In this document: piece after piece, positions 12,120 to 23,824 of the stretch
How the letters are laid out: each line of letters starts with the position of its first letter
Numbering within the stretch: position 1 is the first letter of the stretch
Assembly: GCF_004010195.1 (NCBI RefSeq)
Contig: NC_057754.1
Span: forward strand, 12,307,356-12,362,989
From: Chiloscyllium plagiosum
Lineage: Eukaryota
Direction of reading: 5' to 3'
DNA length: 55,634 nt
Translations under genes and position numbers: made by a program
The notes under the pieces: model-generated
Database searches by the model: none
Told to the model about the DNA's origin: nothing
What the model saw: only the letters and a program-made list of their open reading frames with translations

Positions 12120-13850
12120 TGAAAACAGTCCCCCATTACAGGGGAGAAAGTGCTAGAGTTCTTAGAAAATATATAAGGTGGATAACTCTCCAGAACCTGT
12201 CCTAGCTTATATCAGATTGACAAGCAGAAGGGTGAAAGAACACATCAAGACAGGCATCATCAGGAGTGTCGAAGTCTTTTGGGTGCTAACTGGTGTGCTG
12301 TGTTCTTTCAGCCCCCTGCTAGTCTACCGTTGATTCCAGCACATGCAGTTTTATATATCTCTAACCTTGTGCAGGACAGGGCATTGAGGTAAGTAAGGGA
12401 AAAAATTGCGTGGGTCCTTGCAGAAATATTTTTCTCATCTATAATTATGGGTAAGGTGCTGAATGACTGGATAATGACTAATGTTGTGTATTTGTTGAAG
12501 AAGGGATGTGGGGAGAAACTTGGAAACTATAGACCTGAAGGTTTGGCTGACATGGTGGGCAAGCTGCTGGAGGTGATTCTGAAATATAGAATTTGGAAAG
12601 GTCATGAATGACTCGAGATCATCAGCAGCATAGTTTGTGCACAGGAAATCGTGTCTCACAAATTTGAGTTTTACTGAAGATGTAGCCAAAAAGGTTGATG
12701 TGGCCAGAGCAGTGGATTTTGTTTACTTGGACTTTAGAAAAGCTTCTGTCAAGGTTCCACGTGGTGGACTAATGAGTAATATTAGATCACAAGGGATTCA
12801 GGATGAGCTTTCCAACTGGATTCAAACTTCACTTAATGACAGGAGGCAGGGTTTGACGGTAGAGGGTTATTTTTTGGGCTGGACGCCTGTGAAAGGCAGA
12901 GTTCCACAGGGAACGATGCTGGTCCATTTTTGTTTGTCGTTTATACAAACGATTTAGGTGAGAGTATAAAAGCCAGTTTGCGGATGCCAACAAAATTCGT
13001 GGCATAATGAACAGTGAAGAGTGTTATCTAAGATTTCAAAGATATCTTGGTCAATTAGGTCCATGGGCCGAGGACTGGCAGATGGAACGGAATTTGGATA
13101 CATTCAAGGTACTACATTTTCGTAAAATAAAACAGGGAGGAACGAATTATAATTAGAAGTCCAGCCTTGGATAGTGTCGTAGAACAGAAATACTTCGGGT
13201 AATCACTGAACTAATTATTTGAAGTTGATGACATATGTGGACAGGATAGTTGAGATGGCCTTTTGAATGTTTATCTTCGTTGCTCAGACTGTTACTGTTA
13301 GAATTGGGACAGTATGTTGAGGTTGTACAGGTTGTTGGTGAGGCCTTTTCTGGAGACTGTGTCCACTCCTGATCACACTGTTAGAGGTGTATACTATTAA
13401 GTTGTATAGAGTGCAGAAGAAAATACAAGGAGTTTGCTTGGAATGGGAGGACTAAGTTATAAGAAGGGTATGGATAGACTGGGACTCGTTTCACAAGAGA
13501 ATAGAAGGTGGAGTGTGAACTTACAGAGTTTAAAAATCCTGAGGAGCTGATAAGGTCAATTGCAAGTGTCCTCTCCTTAAGGTGGGGGTTTTCAAGACAA
13601 GGAGGCAAATGTTAAATTGAGAGGAGAAAGGTTTAAAAAAGGCATGGGTGCAACTTTTTAAAGAAAATGTTCTGAATGTGGGTACAGTTACAATGTTTGA
13701 AAAACATTTGGATAAGTACATGAAGGGAAAATGTTTAGAAGGATACAGGGCAATTGCAGGCAGGTGGAAGTACATTACTTTCAGAATATGTTAAGCATGA
13801 ACTAGTTGCACTGATCGGTCAGTTTCCATGCTGTCGGACTCGATGACGCA
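12120..13850 (+). mobile_element. Decayed CR1 LINE ORF2 (RT) to 3' end
   Basis: KSCLTNL...VDFVYLDFRKASVKVP...VPQGTML (12637-12957). Confidence 0.8.
12219..12352. mobile_element. Small palindromic Penelope-like terminal fragment inside a CR1
   Basis: Inverted arms 12219-12247 and 12296-12324; end gattccagcacatgcagtt is the reverse complement of the actgcagatgctgg terminus seen at 28766 and 48663. Confidence 0.45.
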
Positions 13851-13857
13851 ATGTGAT

Positions 13858-15695
13858 TGAAATTTGCAGGATACTGAGAAGCCTGGATAGAGTGACTTTG
13901 GTGAAGATTATTCACAAACTTTGAGATATTAGAAGCCAAGGGCACAGCCGCACAGTGAAGAAATGAGGCGAGGCGAGAAGGTTGAAATGAGGCGAGGAGG
14001 TTGTTAAGCCGCTGGCGAAGACCTTTGACTCCTCAGTCTCCACGGGAGTCATACTGGAGGATTGGAAGGATTGGAATGTTGTTCCTCTTTTCAAGAAGGG
14101 TAATAGGGAAATCCCTGGCAATTACAGACCAGTCAGTCTTCGGTCTGTGGTCACCAAAGTTTTGTAAACAATTCTGAGGGATAGGATTTATGACTATTTG
14201 GCAACGCATAGCGTGATTGAAGGCAGTCAGCATGGCTTTATGAGGGGCAGGTCATGACTCACAAATCTAATTCAGTTCTTTGAGGAGGTGAATGGACAGG
14301 TCGACAAAGATCGAGCAGTAGATGTAGTGTACATGGGCTTCAGCAAGGCATTTGATAAGGATCCTCATGGTATAACGAGATTTGGCTATCTGGATTCAGA
14401 ATTGGTTGCTTTACAGAAGGCAGAGAGTGGTTGTAGATGGAAAGTATTCTGCCTGGAGGTCAGTATTGAGTGGGGTCCCGCGGATCTCTGTTCTTTGGCC
14501 TCTGCTCTTTGTAGTTCTTATAAATGATTTGGATAAGCAGGCTCAGGGGTGGGTTAGTAAATTTGCAGATGACAAAAAGGTTGGAGGCGCCGTTGATAGT
14601 ATTGAGGGCTATTGCAGGCTGCAGCGTGACATAAGCAGGATGCAGAGCTGGGCTGAGAAATGGCAGATGGAGTTCAACCTGGATAAATACGAAGTGATGT
14701 ATTTTGGAAGGTCGAACTCGAATACTGAATAAAGGATTAAATGCAGGATTCTTGGCAGGAACAGAGTGATCTGGATGTGCAAGTACATAGATCCCTTAAA
14801 TTTGCCACCCAAATGTATAGGGTTGTTAAGAAAGCATATGGTGTTTTGGCTTTCGTGAACAGGGGAATCGAGTTTAAGAGCCGCGAGGTTTTGCTACAGA
14901 TCTACAAATCCCTGGTGAAACCACACTTGGAATATTGTGTCCAGTTCTGGTCGCCCTACTATAGGAAAGGTACAGAGGCTTTGGAAAGGGTGAAAGAAAG
15001 GTTTACCAGGATGCTGCCTGGACTGGAGGGCTTGCATTATGAAGAAAGATTGAATAAGCTTGGACTTTTCTCTCTGGAGAGAAGAAGGAAGAGAGGTGAC
15101 CTGATTAAGGTATACAGGATAATGAGAGGAATAGATAGAGTAAATAACCAGTAACTTTTCCACAGGGAAGGATTTACTGGTACAAGGGGTTATAGTTTTA
15201 AAATATTAGGGGAAAGCTATAGAGGAGACGTCAGAGATAGGTTCTTTACGCAGAGTTATGATTTCATGGAATGCATTGCCAGTGGTGATGGTGGAAGCAG
15301 AGTCATTAGGGACATTTAAGCGACTGCTGGACATGCACATAAATAGCAGTGAGTTGAGGGGTGCATAAGTTAAGTTATCATGTTTTACGTTAGGATCAAA
15401 CCTCGGCACAACACCGTGGGCCAAAGGGCCTGTTCTGTGTTGTACTTTTCTATGTTCTATGTTCTAATTACTTTTGCCACAGGGTGGTGATTCTGAGGAA
15501 TTAAATGCTGCCGAGGGCTATGAACGCTGTTTCATTGAGTGCATTTATGATGGAGATACAGAGGTGATCAATGTTTATGTGAGAATGCACAAGGCAGAAG
15601 AATGGAGTTGAAAACATGTCAGTCACTATTAAATGGAGAAGCACATTTGATAGGCCAAATGGGTAAATTTTGCTCCTATATCTTTTGGTCTTACG
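13858..15695 (+). mobile_element. Older CR1-family 3' end split by the younger HER1 copy at 13995-15466
   Basis: gaaatgaggcgag|insert|aattacttttgccacagggtggtga rejoins into a continuous CR1 3' region ending ttgctcctatatcttttggtctta. Confidence 0.6.
13995..15466 (+). mobile_element. 5'-truncated HER1/CR1 LINE
   Basis: RT ORFs 14288-15154 (YMGFSKAFDK, WVSKFADD, VKPHLEYCVQFWSP); (TTCTATG)n tail; similar to 25400-26898. Confidence 0.92.
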
Positions 15696-15829
15696 AATAT
15701 TATGATTGATTTCATTATGCATAGAAATTCACTGTCAATACCATAGGGAGATGTTCCTGGAGTGTCAATGATTGATTGGATTGGTTCATGAAGGAACCAA
15801 ATGGAGGACAGACTATCCTCAACTGCACA

Positions 15830-16055
15830 CTGTGGAATGGCTTGTGGTTCATTTACTCAATTGCTCGTTTGTGACGCAGAGTGACAGCAAGTGCTCCATC
15901 CCTGTCCCAGCTGAGGTCACAATGAAGGCCCCTTGTATGAGGAACGGTGACCTCCAGGTTAAAGCACCATTATTCATCTCTCTCCCTCTCTCACTATCTC
16001 TCATAGGATAGTGAGAGCGCTATCCTATGATCTTCTGGGGCAGTGCTAACTTCAA
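15830..16055 (+). mobile_element. Probable degenerate tRNA-derived SINE (non-HE1)
   Basis: tRNA-like head followed by gctgaggtcacaatgaagg...gtgacctccaggttaaagcacca; contains the hairpin cataggatag...ctatcctatg. Confidence 0.35.
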
Positions 16056-16999
16056 TTTCAAAATTTCAATTGTGCCACGAGAAGGCACAACTGAAAATCT
16101 AGTTGTGTGATACTCCTTGTGGGAAAGCAAAGAACTGTAAATGATGAAACCCTTCATTAACACGGATAGTGATGGAGTTGATTCTGAAACGAGGCTTCCA
16201 ATCAAAATAGACAAAATTATGATGGTATGAAATACAAACACGTTACAACGATTTGGGAAACAGAACTTAAACAGGTAACAAGCTTTTAAAGAACACATGG
16301 AGGAACGACCACTGTTGTTTATTCCTGTCTGCACAAAATAAAATGGGAAATCTGGTCCTGCCATGGCGAACAAGGGATATTTGGGATAATACTGGATTCA
16401 AGGAAGATGTATACAAATTGCCTAAAAAGCGCAGCAGACCTGAACTGGTAGCAGTTCATATTTCAGTAAAAGAGTACGAATGGATTAAGAAAGACAGAAA
16501 AATAAAATTTAAGCGTAATCTTGAGGAAAACATGCAAGGTAAGTATTAAAGCTCCTGGGGGTCTATGAAGATAAAAAGAAGATTTCAATAACCTTTACAA
16601 TGAGAAATCGGGGATGTGAAAATTTGGGATCATTTCATGGCATACCAATACACGACAGAATATATTTTTGTTCTATCATCACAAGGATGACACAAGGAAA
16701 ATCTCTAAAATGAGGGGGAGAAACTGAATGAATTCAATTTTAGCAGAGAAATGGTGTTGGGGAAATTGGTGGGATTAAAAGCCACAAATCTTAGCACTTG
16801 ATAATCTGTACCCAGTGTACTTAAAGTCACCCTCGATACGCTGGATGCATTACAAAACTGAAGACTTGAATCTAAGTAGATTAAATTGATTGTCATATTT
16901 TAAGGTTATGTAGACTCTGCAACAATTTGTATGAATTGGAGGTCAGTTCATGTGACCCCACTACTTAAAAAAGAGAAGGTTGGGGGAAAGATGGAATGT

Positions 17000-17312
17000 G
17001 GGCGGCACGGCGGCACGGTGGTTAGCACTACTGCCTTACAGCGCCAGAGCCCCGGGTTCAATTCCCGCCTCAGGCGACTGACTATGTGGAGTTTGCACAT
17101 TCTCCCCGTGTCTGCGTGGGCCCCCCTCCGGGTGCTCCGGTTTCCTCCCACAGTCCAAAGATGTGCAGACCAAGTGAATTGGCCATGCTAAATTGCCCGT
17201 AGTGTTAAGTGAAGGGGTAAATGTAGGGGTATGGGTGGGTTGCGCTTCGGTGGGTCGATGTGGACTTGTTGGGCCGAAGGGCCTGTTTCCACACTGTAAG
17301 TAATCTAATCTA
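17000..17312 (+). mobile_element. HE1-type SINE, full length
   Basis: gggcggcacggcggcacggtggttagcac...gggttcaattccc...; (TAATC)n tail. Confidence 0.92.
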
Positions 17313-17352
17313 GTAGACCAGTTAGCCGAACAGTGGAAGTGTTCGAGGATTG

Positions 17353-17434
17353 AACAAAGTCAGTCAGCAGAGATTTATGAAACTGAAAGGACAAACAAAG
17401 TCAGTCAGCAGAGATTTATGAAACTGAAAGGACA
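17353..17434 (+). repeat. 41-bp tandem duplication
   Basis: aacaaagtcagtcagcagagatttatgaaactgaaaggaca present twice. Confidence 0.9.
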
Positions 17435-17869
17435 AACAAAACCAGATCAGCTGGTAAACAAATCTCTGAAAGTTAGGATGCAAGCGCAGCAGGAGATGAG
17501 GATGACGAATGGTATGTTGGCCTTTGTATCCAGACAATTTGAAAACAGGAGCAGGGATGTCTTGCTGAAACTGTGCAGGGTGTTGGTGAGACCACACCTG
17601 GAGTGTTGTGTGCAATTTAGGAATGTTTGTTTGGTGAAAGTTGCTCTGCCTATGGGGGTTGCACACCAAAGGTTTAACAATCCGATTCCTGGGATGGCGG
17701 GACTGACATAAGAGGACAGAATGATGAAGAGATGCACTTGAGTTTGGAATGATGAAGTAGGATGTCACAAAAACGAATGAGATTCAAAAAAGGAGTAACA
17801 ATATAATTGTAGAAAGGATGCTCTCAATGACTAGGGTGGCCGGTGGGAGGAGGGAGTTTACAGTTTAAG

Positions 17870-18559
17870 TTTATGGTATGGGGTAGACCACTCTGCTATT
17901 TTAAACGAGACGCACAGAAAAGCTCACATCGCCTCGCAATCTGTAAAAGCATGAGTGACAAAGAAATACGAAATCTCATTAATTACAGAAAAAAAACAAT
18001 TTGTTCTTTAATTCCAAGAAAAAAAGAGAACATTAAACAACAACTGTCAAGACGGTAAACAACCTTGGTCTGATTGATTTATCGAACTCCCACTGTACAA
18101 CTGACCCGATAAAGCCCCACGATTAAAATTGAAAAAAAAGACAAATTTCAAAATCAGCCAGCTGTCAGCCTTCCCTTTGTATCTTCCTCTGTAGATTTTC
18201 AAGTGTCTTTTCTTCAGTCTTCTGCTACACAAGTTTCATATGAACAGGTACCTTTCACATGGCATCCCTGCTGGCAGTCAGTTTTTGGTGTTCTTTACCA
18301 CTCTGGCTGACTGTTCAAGATGGCTGATTTTTATACCCAAGAACAGCAAACTGCAATTTCGATTGGATTTGGTATTGTGGCGCATGATTTAAACAGATTG
18401 GCCAAATTCGATTTTTTTTGTGCACAATAGCAACTCAGCTCGCTATTCGGTTCATAGACAAATGTGACATTCTTAAACTTTCCAGCACTGTGTTTATTAC
18501 ATCCTTGCCAATTTTCACGCTCTCTTAAAGGTACAGTACATGCCAACACCTTCATAATA
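17870..18559 (-). repeat. 3' LTR of Gypsy copy 2
   Basis: Homologous to 5217-5925; preceded on minus by purine tract AAGGGCGAAGA (18560-18570). Confidence 0.8.
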
Positions 18560-18699
18560 TCTTCGCCCTTAAGAAAAAAATGAACCATCATAAAGAAAAT
18601 AAGACTTTTTTATATCCCATAATCACGTTACCATGACATATCTACAACTTCAATAAAGTTCACATGAAATTCTTCCCACATAGTTGCAATATTGGATAG

Positions 18700-20130
18700 A
18701 AACCAATCTAATCTGTTGTCTATGAATTGAGACTGTGACAACGCATCTGCTCTTAAATTCTTACGAATGAAACACGTCCAATTTGTAAATTAAACGTTTG
18801 TAACATTAGGCTCCAACGAAATATTCTCATATTCTTGTCTTTAAAGCGTTCCAAGAATGTGACTGTGACATAATTATCTGTGACACGTTCTTCGTGACAG
18901 AAACATTAAATTGTTCTTAAGCCCGACCAAACCAGTGCTAACCAGTGGTTAGCATTGCTGCCTCACAGCACCAGAGACCCGGGTTCAATCCCCGACTCAG
19001 GCGACTGACTGTGTGGAGTTTGCACATTCTCCCTGTGTCTGCGTGGGTTTTCTCCGGGTGCTCCGGTTTCCTCCCACAGTCCAAAGATGTGCAGGTCAGG
19101 TGAATTGGCTATGCTAAATTGCCCGAGTTGTTAGGTAAATGTAGGGGTATGGGTGGGTTGTGCTTCGGCGGGTCGGTGAGCATCGATAGCAACTTTGAAG
19201 GGTTTCAGAAATTTTGGTGTAGCTAAAACTGGTGTTCTCGTTAATTTGCTTTTAAATTGTCAAATGTCTTCTGGCATCGTTTGCCACCGAAATTCTTTGG
19301 ACTTCTTCAGCAAATCTGTTAACGGTGCCACGACGCTGCCGATGTTTGGAACAATCTGCCGATAGAATCTGCTCAGTCCCAAAAATCGAAACACATCTTT
19401 CTTTGTGGGTGGTCGTGCAAATTCCTCGATGGCGTTCACCTTTGCATTCCTTGGGGTCAACATTCCACAATGGATGTTCTGTCCCAAGAAAGTTATCACT
19501 GTTTTAACAAATTAAGCGTTGTTTCAGATTATTTACACTTTTACTTCTCTGAATTGGTCAAAACGCTCTGTGAACTTGTACCATGTGATCTTCCAAGGGC
19601 ACACTAACGATCACAACATCGTCCAAACAGACTGCACAGTTTGGTAACTCAGCCACAACTCTGTTCATGAGTCCTTGGAATGTGACAGGCGCGTTTTCAT
19701 TCTGAAGGGCATCACTTTGAATTGATGCCATTTGGGTTTGCAAACACAGACATTTCCTTTGTCTTTTCTGATAAAGTTATCTGCTAATAACTACACAATA
19801 AGTCCAACTTCATGATGTTACTGATTTGTCCAACTTTCTCCATACAATCCTTCACTTTGGTATTTTGTATGAATTTGATTTCGTTACAGCATTGACCTTC
19901 ATATAATCAATGCAGTATCGTTGAGTCCCTTCAGACTTTAGAGCGCAGATGCTTGTCAAACTCTACTTGCTCAGATTCGGTTCAATCATATCTTCTTTGA
20001 GCATGGCTTACTTGTGGGCCAGTAGAGTTTCGGAAGGATTAAGCTAATGGTGTGTTGTTTTATCAAAACAGCATTCCCCATGCCTACCTCATGCACAATG
20101 TCCTCCCCATCTTATTCCTACACAAATCCT
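18700..20130 (-). pseudogene. RT-RNase H remnant of Gypsy copy 2
   Basis: APVTFQGLMNRVVAELPNCAVCLDDVV (19558-19743); PTKKDVFRFLGLSRFYRQIVPN (19260-19499); NLRADALS-like RNase H end near 18740. Confidence 0.88.
18943..19180 (+). mobile_element. HE1-type SINE inserted in RNase H of Gypsy copy 2
   Basis: tggttagcattgctgcctcacagcaccagagacccgggttcaatccc...; tail truncated. Confidence 0.88.
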
Positions 20131-20269
20131 CATACCACTGCAACAAAACTTTTAACTGCGTTCTTTGCTCTTGAGACAGATAGTTTATTAACCACTCCTC
20201 AAGGACTTTCTCATTGATTAACGTACTTTGAGGCAAGTCAAATTCCACAACATCTGGATTTGATTCCTC

Positions 20270-21370
20270 ACTCTATGTGGCAGTAACTAACACTTGTTTT
20301 TCCACTTCCTTCTCCCTGTTATAATACGATTTTAACATGCTCAGAAGTAATACCCGATAACGTTTTTTTTTCCTAGCAAACATATTTAGCAGATAGTTCT
20401 CCTTTTTCACAATTTGGCACGGACCACTAAACCTGGCTTTGAAAGAATCGCCTATCACTGACAACAATAATAATACGTCATCTCCACGGAAAAACGGCTG
20501 AATCTCAGAATTTTTGTCTGCCACTCACTTCAGCCTCTGCTCGGCCCTCGTTATGTGCTGTTTAGCTCGCGCCAACTCCCCGATTTCAACGCTCCGTCAC
20601 CTCTGATACATAATCCACGTGTGAGATCTCCGACTTTGGTCCTGTCAAGTTCTCTTTAATTAATTTTAAATGGCCTCTCACTTCATGTCCGAATATCAAC
20701 TCAAAGGGAGTAAACTGAGTGCATTCGCCTGGGACAATTGCAATGGCAAACAATATGAATGGGATACCTTTATCCCAAGCATTCAGGTAACCTGACAGTA
20801 TAGTCTTCAGGGTCTGATGCCACCTTTCTGAGGTTGCCTGGAATTCAGGATGGTGCACACTTGATTTAAAGTGTTGTATACATAAGCTATCCATGACTTC
20901 CTAAACAGCCTAGCAGTAAAATAAGAGCCTTCATCCGACTGAATCTATCTGGATAGCCCATAATGTGTGAAAGAAGCAACAAACTCCTCCACCACACCTG
21001 TTGCCTTAATGCACCGAAATGCAATTGACTCTGTAAATCTAGTAGACACATCCATTATGGTTAGCATGTATTTATATTAGTTCCCACTTTTAATTCTCTG
21101 AAGCGGGCCTACACAATTAAATATAACTCACGTGAAAAGTTCTTCGAATACAGGAATTAGCAACAAACGTGCTGGTTTTATTATCGCATGTGGTTTACCT
21201 ATCAATTGACAGGTATTAAACATATGGCGAAAGTTAACCACATCCTTGTGCATTTCAGGTCACAGAAACGTTATTTTTACCTTAACCCGAGTCTGCCATA
21301 AACCTAGGTGACTTCCTACATGTAATTCATGTGCTACCATTAGCACTTTCTCTCTGTATGCTACTAGCAA
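20270..21370 (-). pseudogene. Integrase remnant of Gypsy copy 2
   Basis: AHELHVGSHLG zinc-finger start; HHPEFQATSERWHQTLK core; FTPFELIFGHEVRG; KARFSGPCQIVKK (GPY/F motif). Confidence 0.88.
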
Positions 21371-22269
21371 CACAATCTGGTGCACTTCGACCCATTTTTC
21401 CTCTGCACTAACCTGCTGTGGTCTCCGTTTTCGTCTTTTTCTATCTTTCAGGTAATAACCCTCAGAAATATTCCCTGCCTCCTTTCCAGAGTAGGCATCC
21501 ACATCTATATCTTTCATCGTCTTGTTTTGCTTTTGCAAGTCTCTTAGCCTTTGAAGACGAAACACATGTGTCTGACCGTCTGCCTGTTCAGGCTTTTCCT
21601 GCACCATTATGGCAAAGAGGGTGTCCGCTAACTGACCCTCAACTCCTTCATTTTTCTCGTTATGTTTTGCTTCATTCTGTGACTTATGATAGTGGGATCT
21701 GATGACGACACCGTCTGGGAAAATACAGGGAGTTTTTATTTTCTTTTATCTCCTCAGTTTCCTGTTCTTGTGATTTTCCACATCAACGCGTGTCCCTCTA
21801 CTTTGGACCCTGATAAATCGTTCCCAAGAATAAACTAGATTCCTGAAACTTACACTCTGTCAATCACTCCCGCTGTTATTACCCCAGTCCTGCGTTGGCA
21901 CTCCAACTTGATGTTACACAGGGGACGCTAAATTTCTGTCCTTCTCACAAATTAACACTCTGTCTGGTAACAGGTCAGAAAGATTGTAATTTCGTCTATC
22001 TTTTACTGCCAGAACTGGTCAGATAATCTATCTCACAAAATCATTTTTTTTATATTTTTCCTCCTGTTCTTTCTGAGTAAAATTTAGCCACAGAGTCGAA
22101 TTGTTTATAGAGATCAGGCACTAACTCCATTACACCCTCCTGCCTAAACTGCGCACTCTCCTGCAGCTCATCGACATTTCTTGGGATTTCCTTTACTACT
22201 TTCACTCATGCCACTTGCTTAGCTTCTTTTATCACATTTTGTTTCCAATAGTGCCTTTCTTTAACGAGC

Positions 22270-23703
22270 AGCACTGTGACTTCAGGCGTCCCAATTTACC
22301 AAGTGGAAATACCTGAAGCCTTTCATCTTCTTTCCACCCTCGTGGGGTTCGCTTTCAACCTATGGCAAACACTTAATAGTTCCTCTACATTTTTGTTGAA
22401 TAGTTTGGGATCTCACCTTCTCCAAACTTCAATCCCTCATCGGATGAATTTCTTGCTGGAAGCTTGTCATGTGCACCAACGTGTCTTCATCTGCTAACTC
22501 TGCTGCTCTTCTCACTTTATGAACTTTCTGTTCATCAACGTGAATCTTTATCTTCTCTGGTGAGTTTTTAAACTCCTCCAGCAGAATACTCTCCCTTAGA
22601 GTCTCATAGGTCTTACTTATTTTAAGACTCATTTGTCAAAATGACCATGTTTACTTCTTTCGAACTCAACAGAAGTCTGACCTGGTGCCTTCTTTATGTT
22701 TCTGAACCGCTGTCCATATTCTTCTGGGACCAAATCATAAGCATTTAAGATAGCCTGGTTGACCATGGACTCAGTGATATGGGTGGCATGGTTGCGCAAC
22801 GGTTAGCCCTGCTGCCTCACAGTGCCAAGGACCCAGGTTCGATTCTTACCTCTGGCGGCTGTCTGTGTGGAGTTTGTACGTTCTCCCGTGTCTACGTGGA
22901 TTTCCTCCCACAATCCAAAGACGTGCAGGGCAAGTGAATGGACCATGCTAAATTGTCCATAGCGTTAGGCGCATTAGTCAGAGAGAAATAGGTCTGGGTG
23001 GCTTATTCTTCGGAAGGTCGGTGTGGACTTGCTGGGCCAAAGGACCTGCTTCCACACTGTAGGGAATCTAGTCTAATCTAATCTACAAATCTCTTGACTG
23101 CTATCTGGCAGCGCTGCAAATACCTCACTACCTCTGACTGTCAGTTTAGTTTGAATTAGCATTATCCACAAGTCCTAGGTGCACTCCATCTGCCGAGACA
23201 TTTTTTCAAATTAAATAAAGACGACTTCAATATCTTTCTCGTCAAGATGTGGCAGAGTTTTTGACATATTTTTATATATCACGATCTGCTCTTTTAATTC
23301 CCACTCTGTTGATTTGACTTTGCTTACGAAGTCGCAACTTCTCAAGTTCAAATTGTTTCTTTTTCCTCTCTCTCCTACTCTCTTTCTCTTTCTTCTTTCA
23401 CTCTTTCTCTTTATCTCCCTCTCTCTTTCCTCTCTCTCTCTCTCTCTTTGTTCGACTTCCATTTTTTCTCAATTGTAATTTACATTTCTCTAACTCGACT
23501 ACATTTGTCGGTTTCTCTGACACACCGAAGTGTTTGAATAATTCCCTTACTATTTCAGCTTTACTTTCGTCCTTTGTTAAATCCAAATTTAACACCTTTG
23601 CTAATTAAAATGATATGGTGTTTTGTTTTCTTTCTAAAGTTTCCTGGAAAATTTGGGAATGATCTTCAAACTCCAGAACCGCTTTAGCAATTTTAAGAGC
23701 GAT
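22270..23703 (-). pseudogene. gag: gag of Gypsy copy 2 with SCAN-like region
   Basis: LPHLDEKDIEVVFI; YETLRESILLEEFKNSPEKIKIHVDEQKVHKVRRAAELADE (22429-22632); start codon decayed to ATC. Confidence 0.85.
22781..23085 (+). mobile_element. HE1-type SINE inserted in gag of Gypsy copy 2
   Basis: gggtggcatggttgcgcaacggttagccctgctgcctcacag...ggttcgatt; tail tagtctaatctaatcta. Confidence 0.85.
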
Positions 23704-23824
23704 TTCTCTCACTTTTAATTTAACCAACTGCAAGTAATCGAAATGAAATAAACTGTCTTAGCTACGTTTTATTTAAAGACCTAGGTTACTACCTTGCAAG
23801 TGTTTTAATCTACTGGGCATTCTT

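Larger units (their letters stand above)
16330..17865 (+). mobile_element. Old CR1 LINE fragments, interrupted by an HE1 SINE
   Basis: NWRSVHVTPLLKK (16931); LVRPHLECCVQF (17418-17711). Confidence 0.65.
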
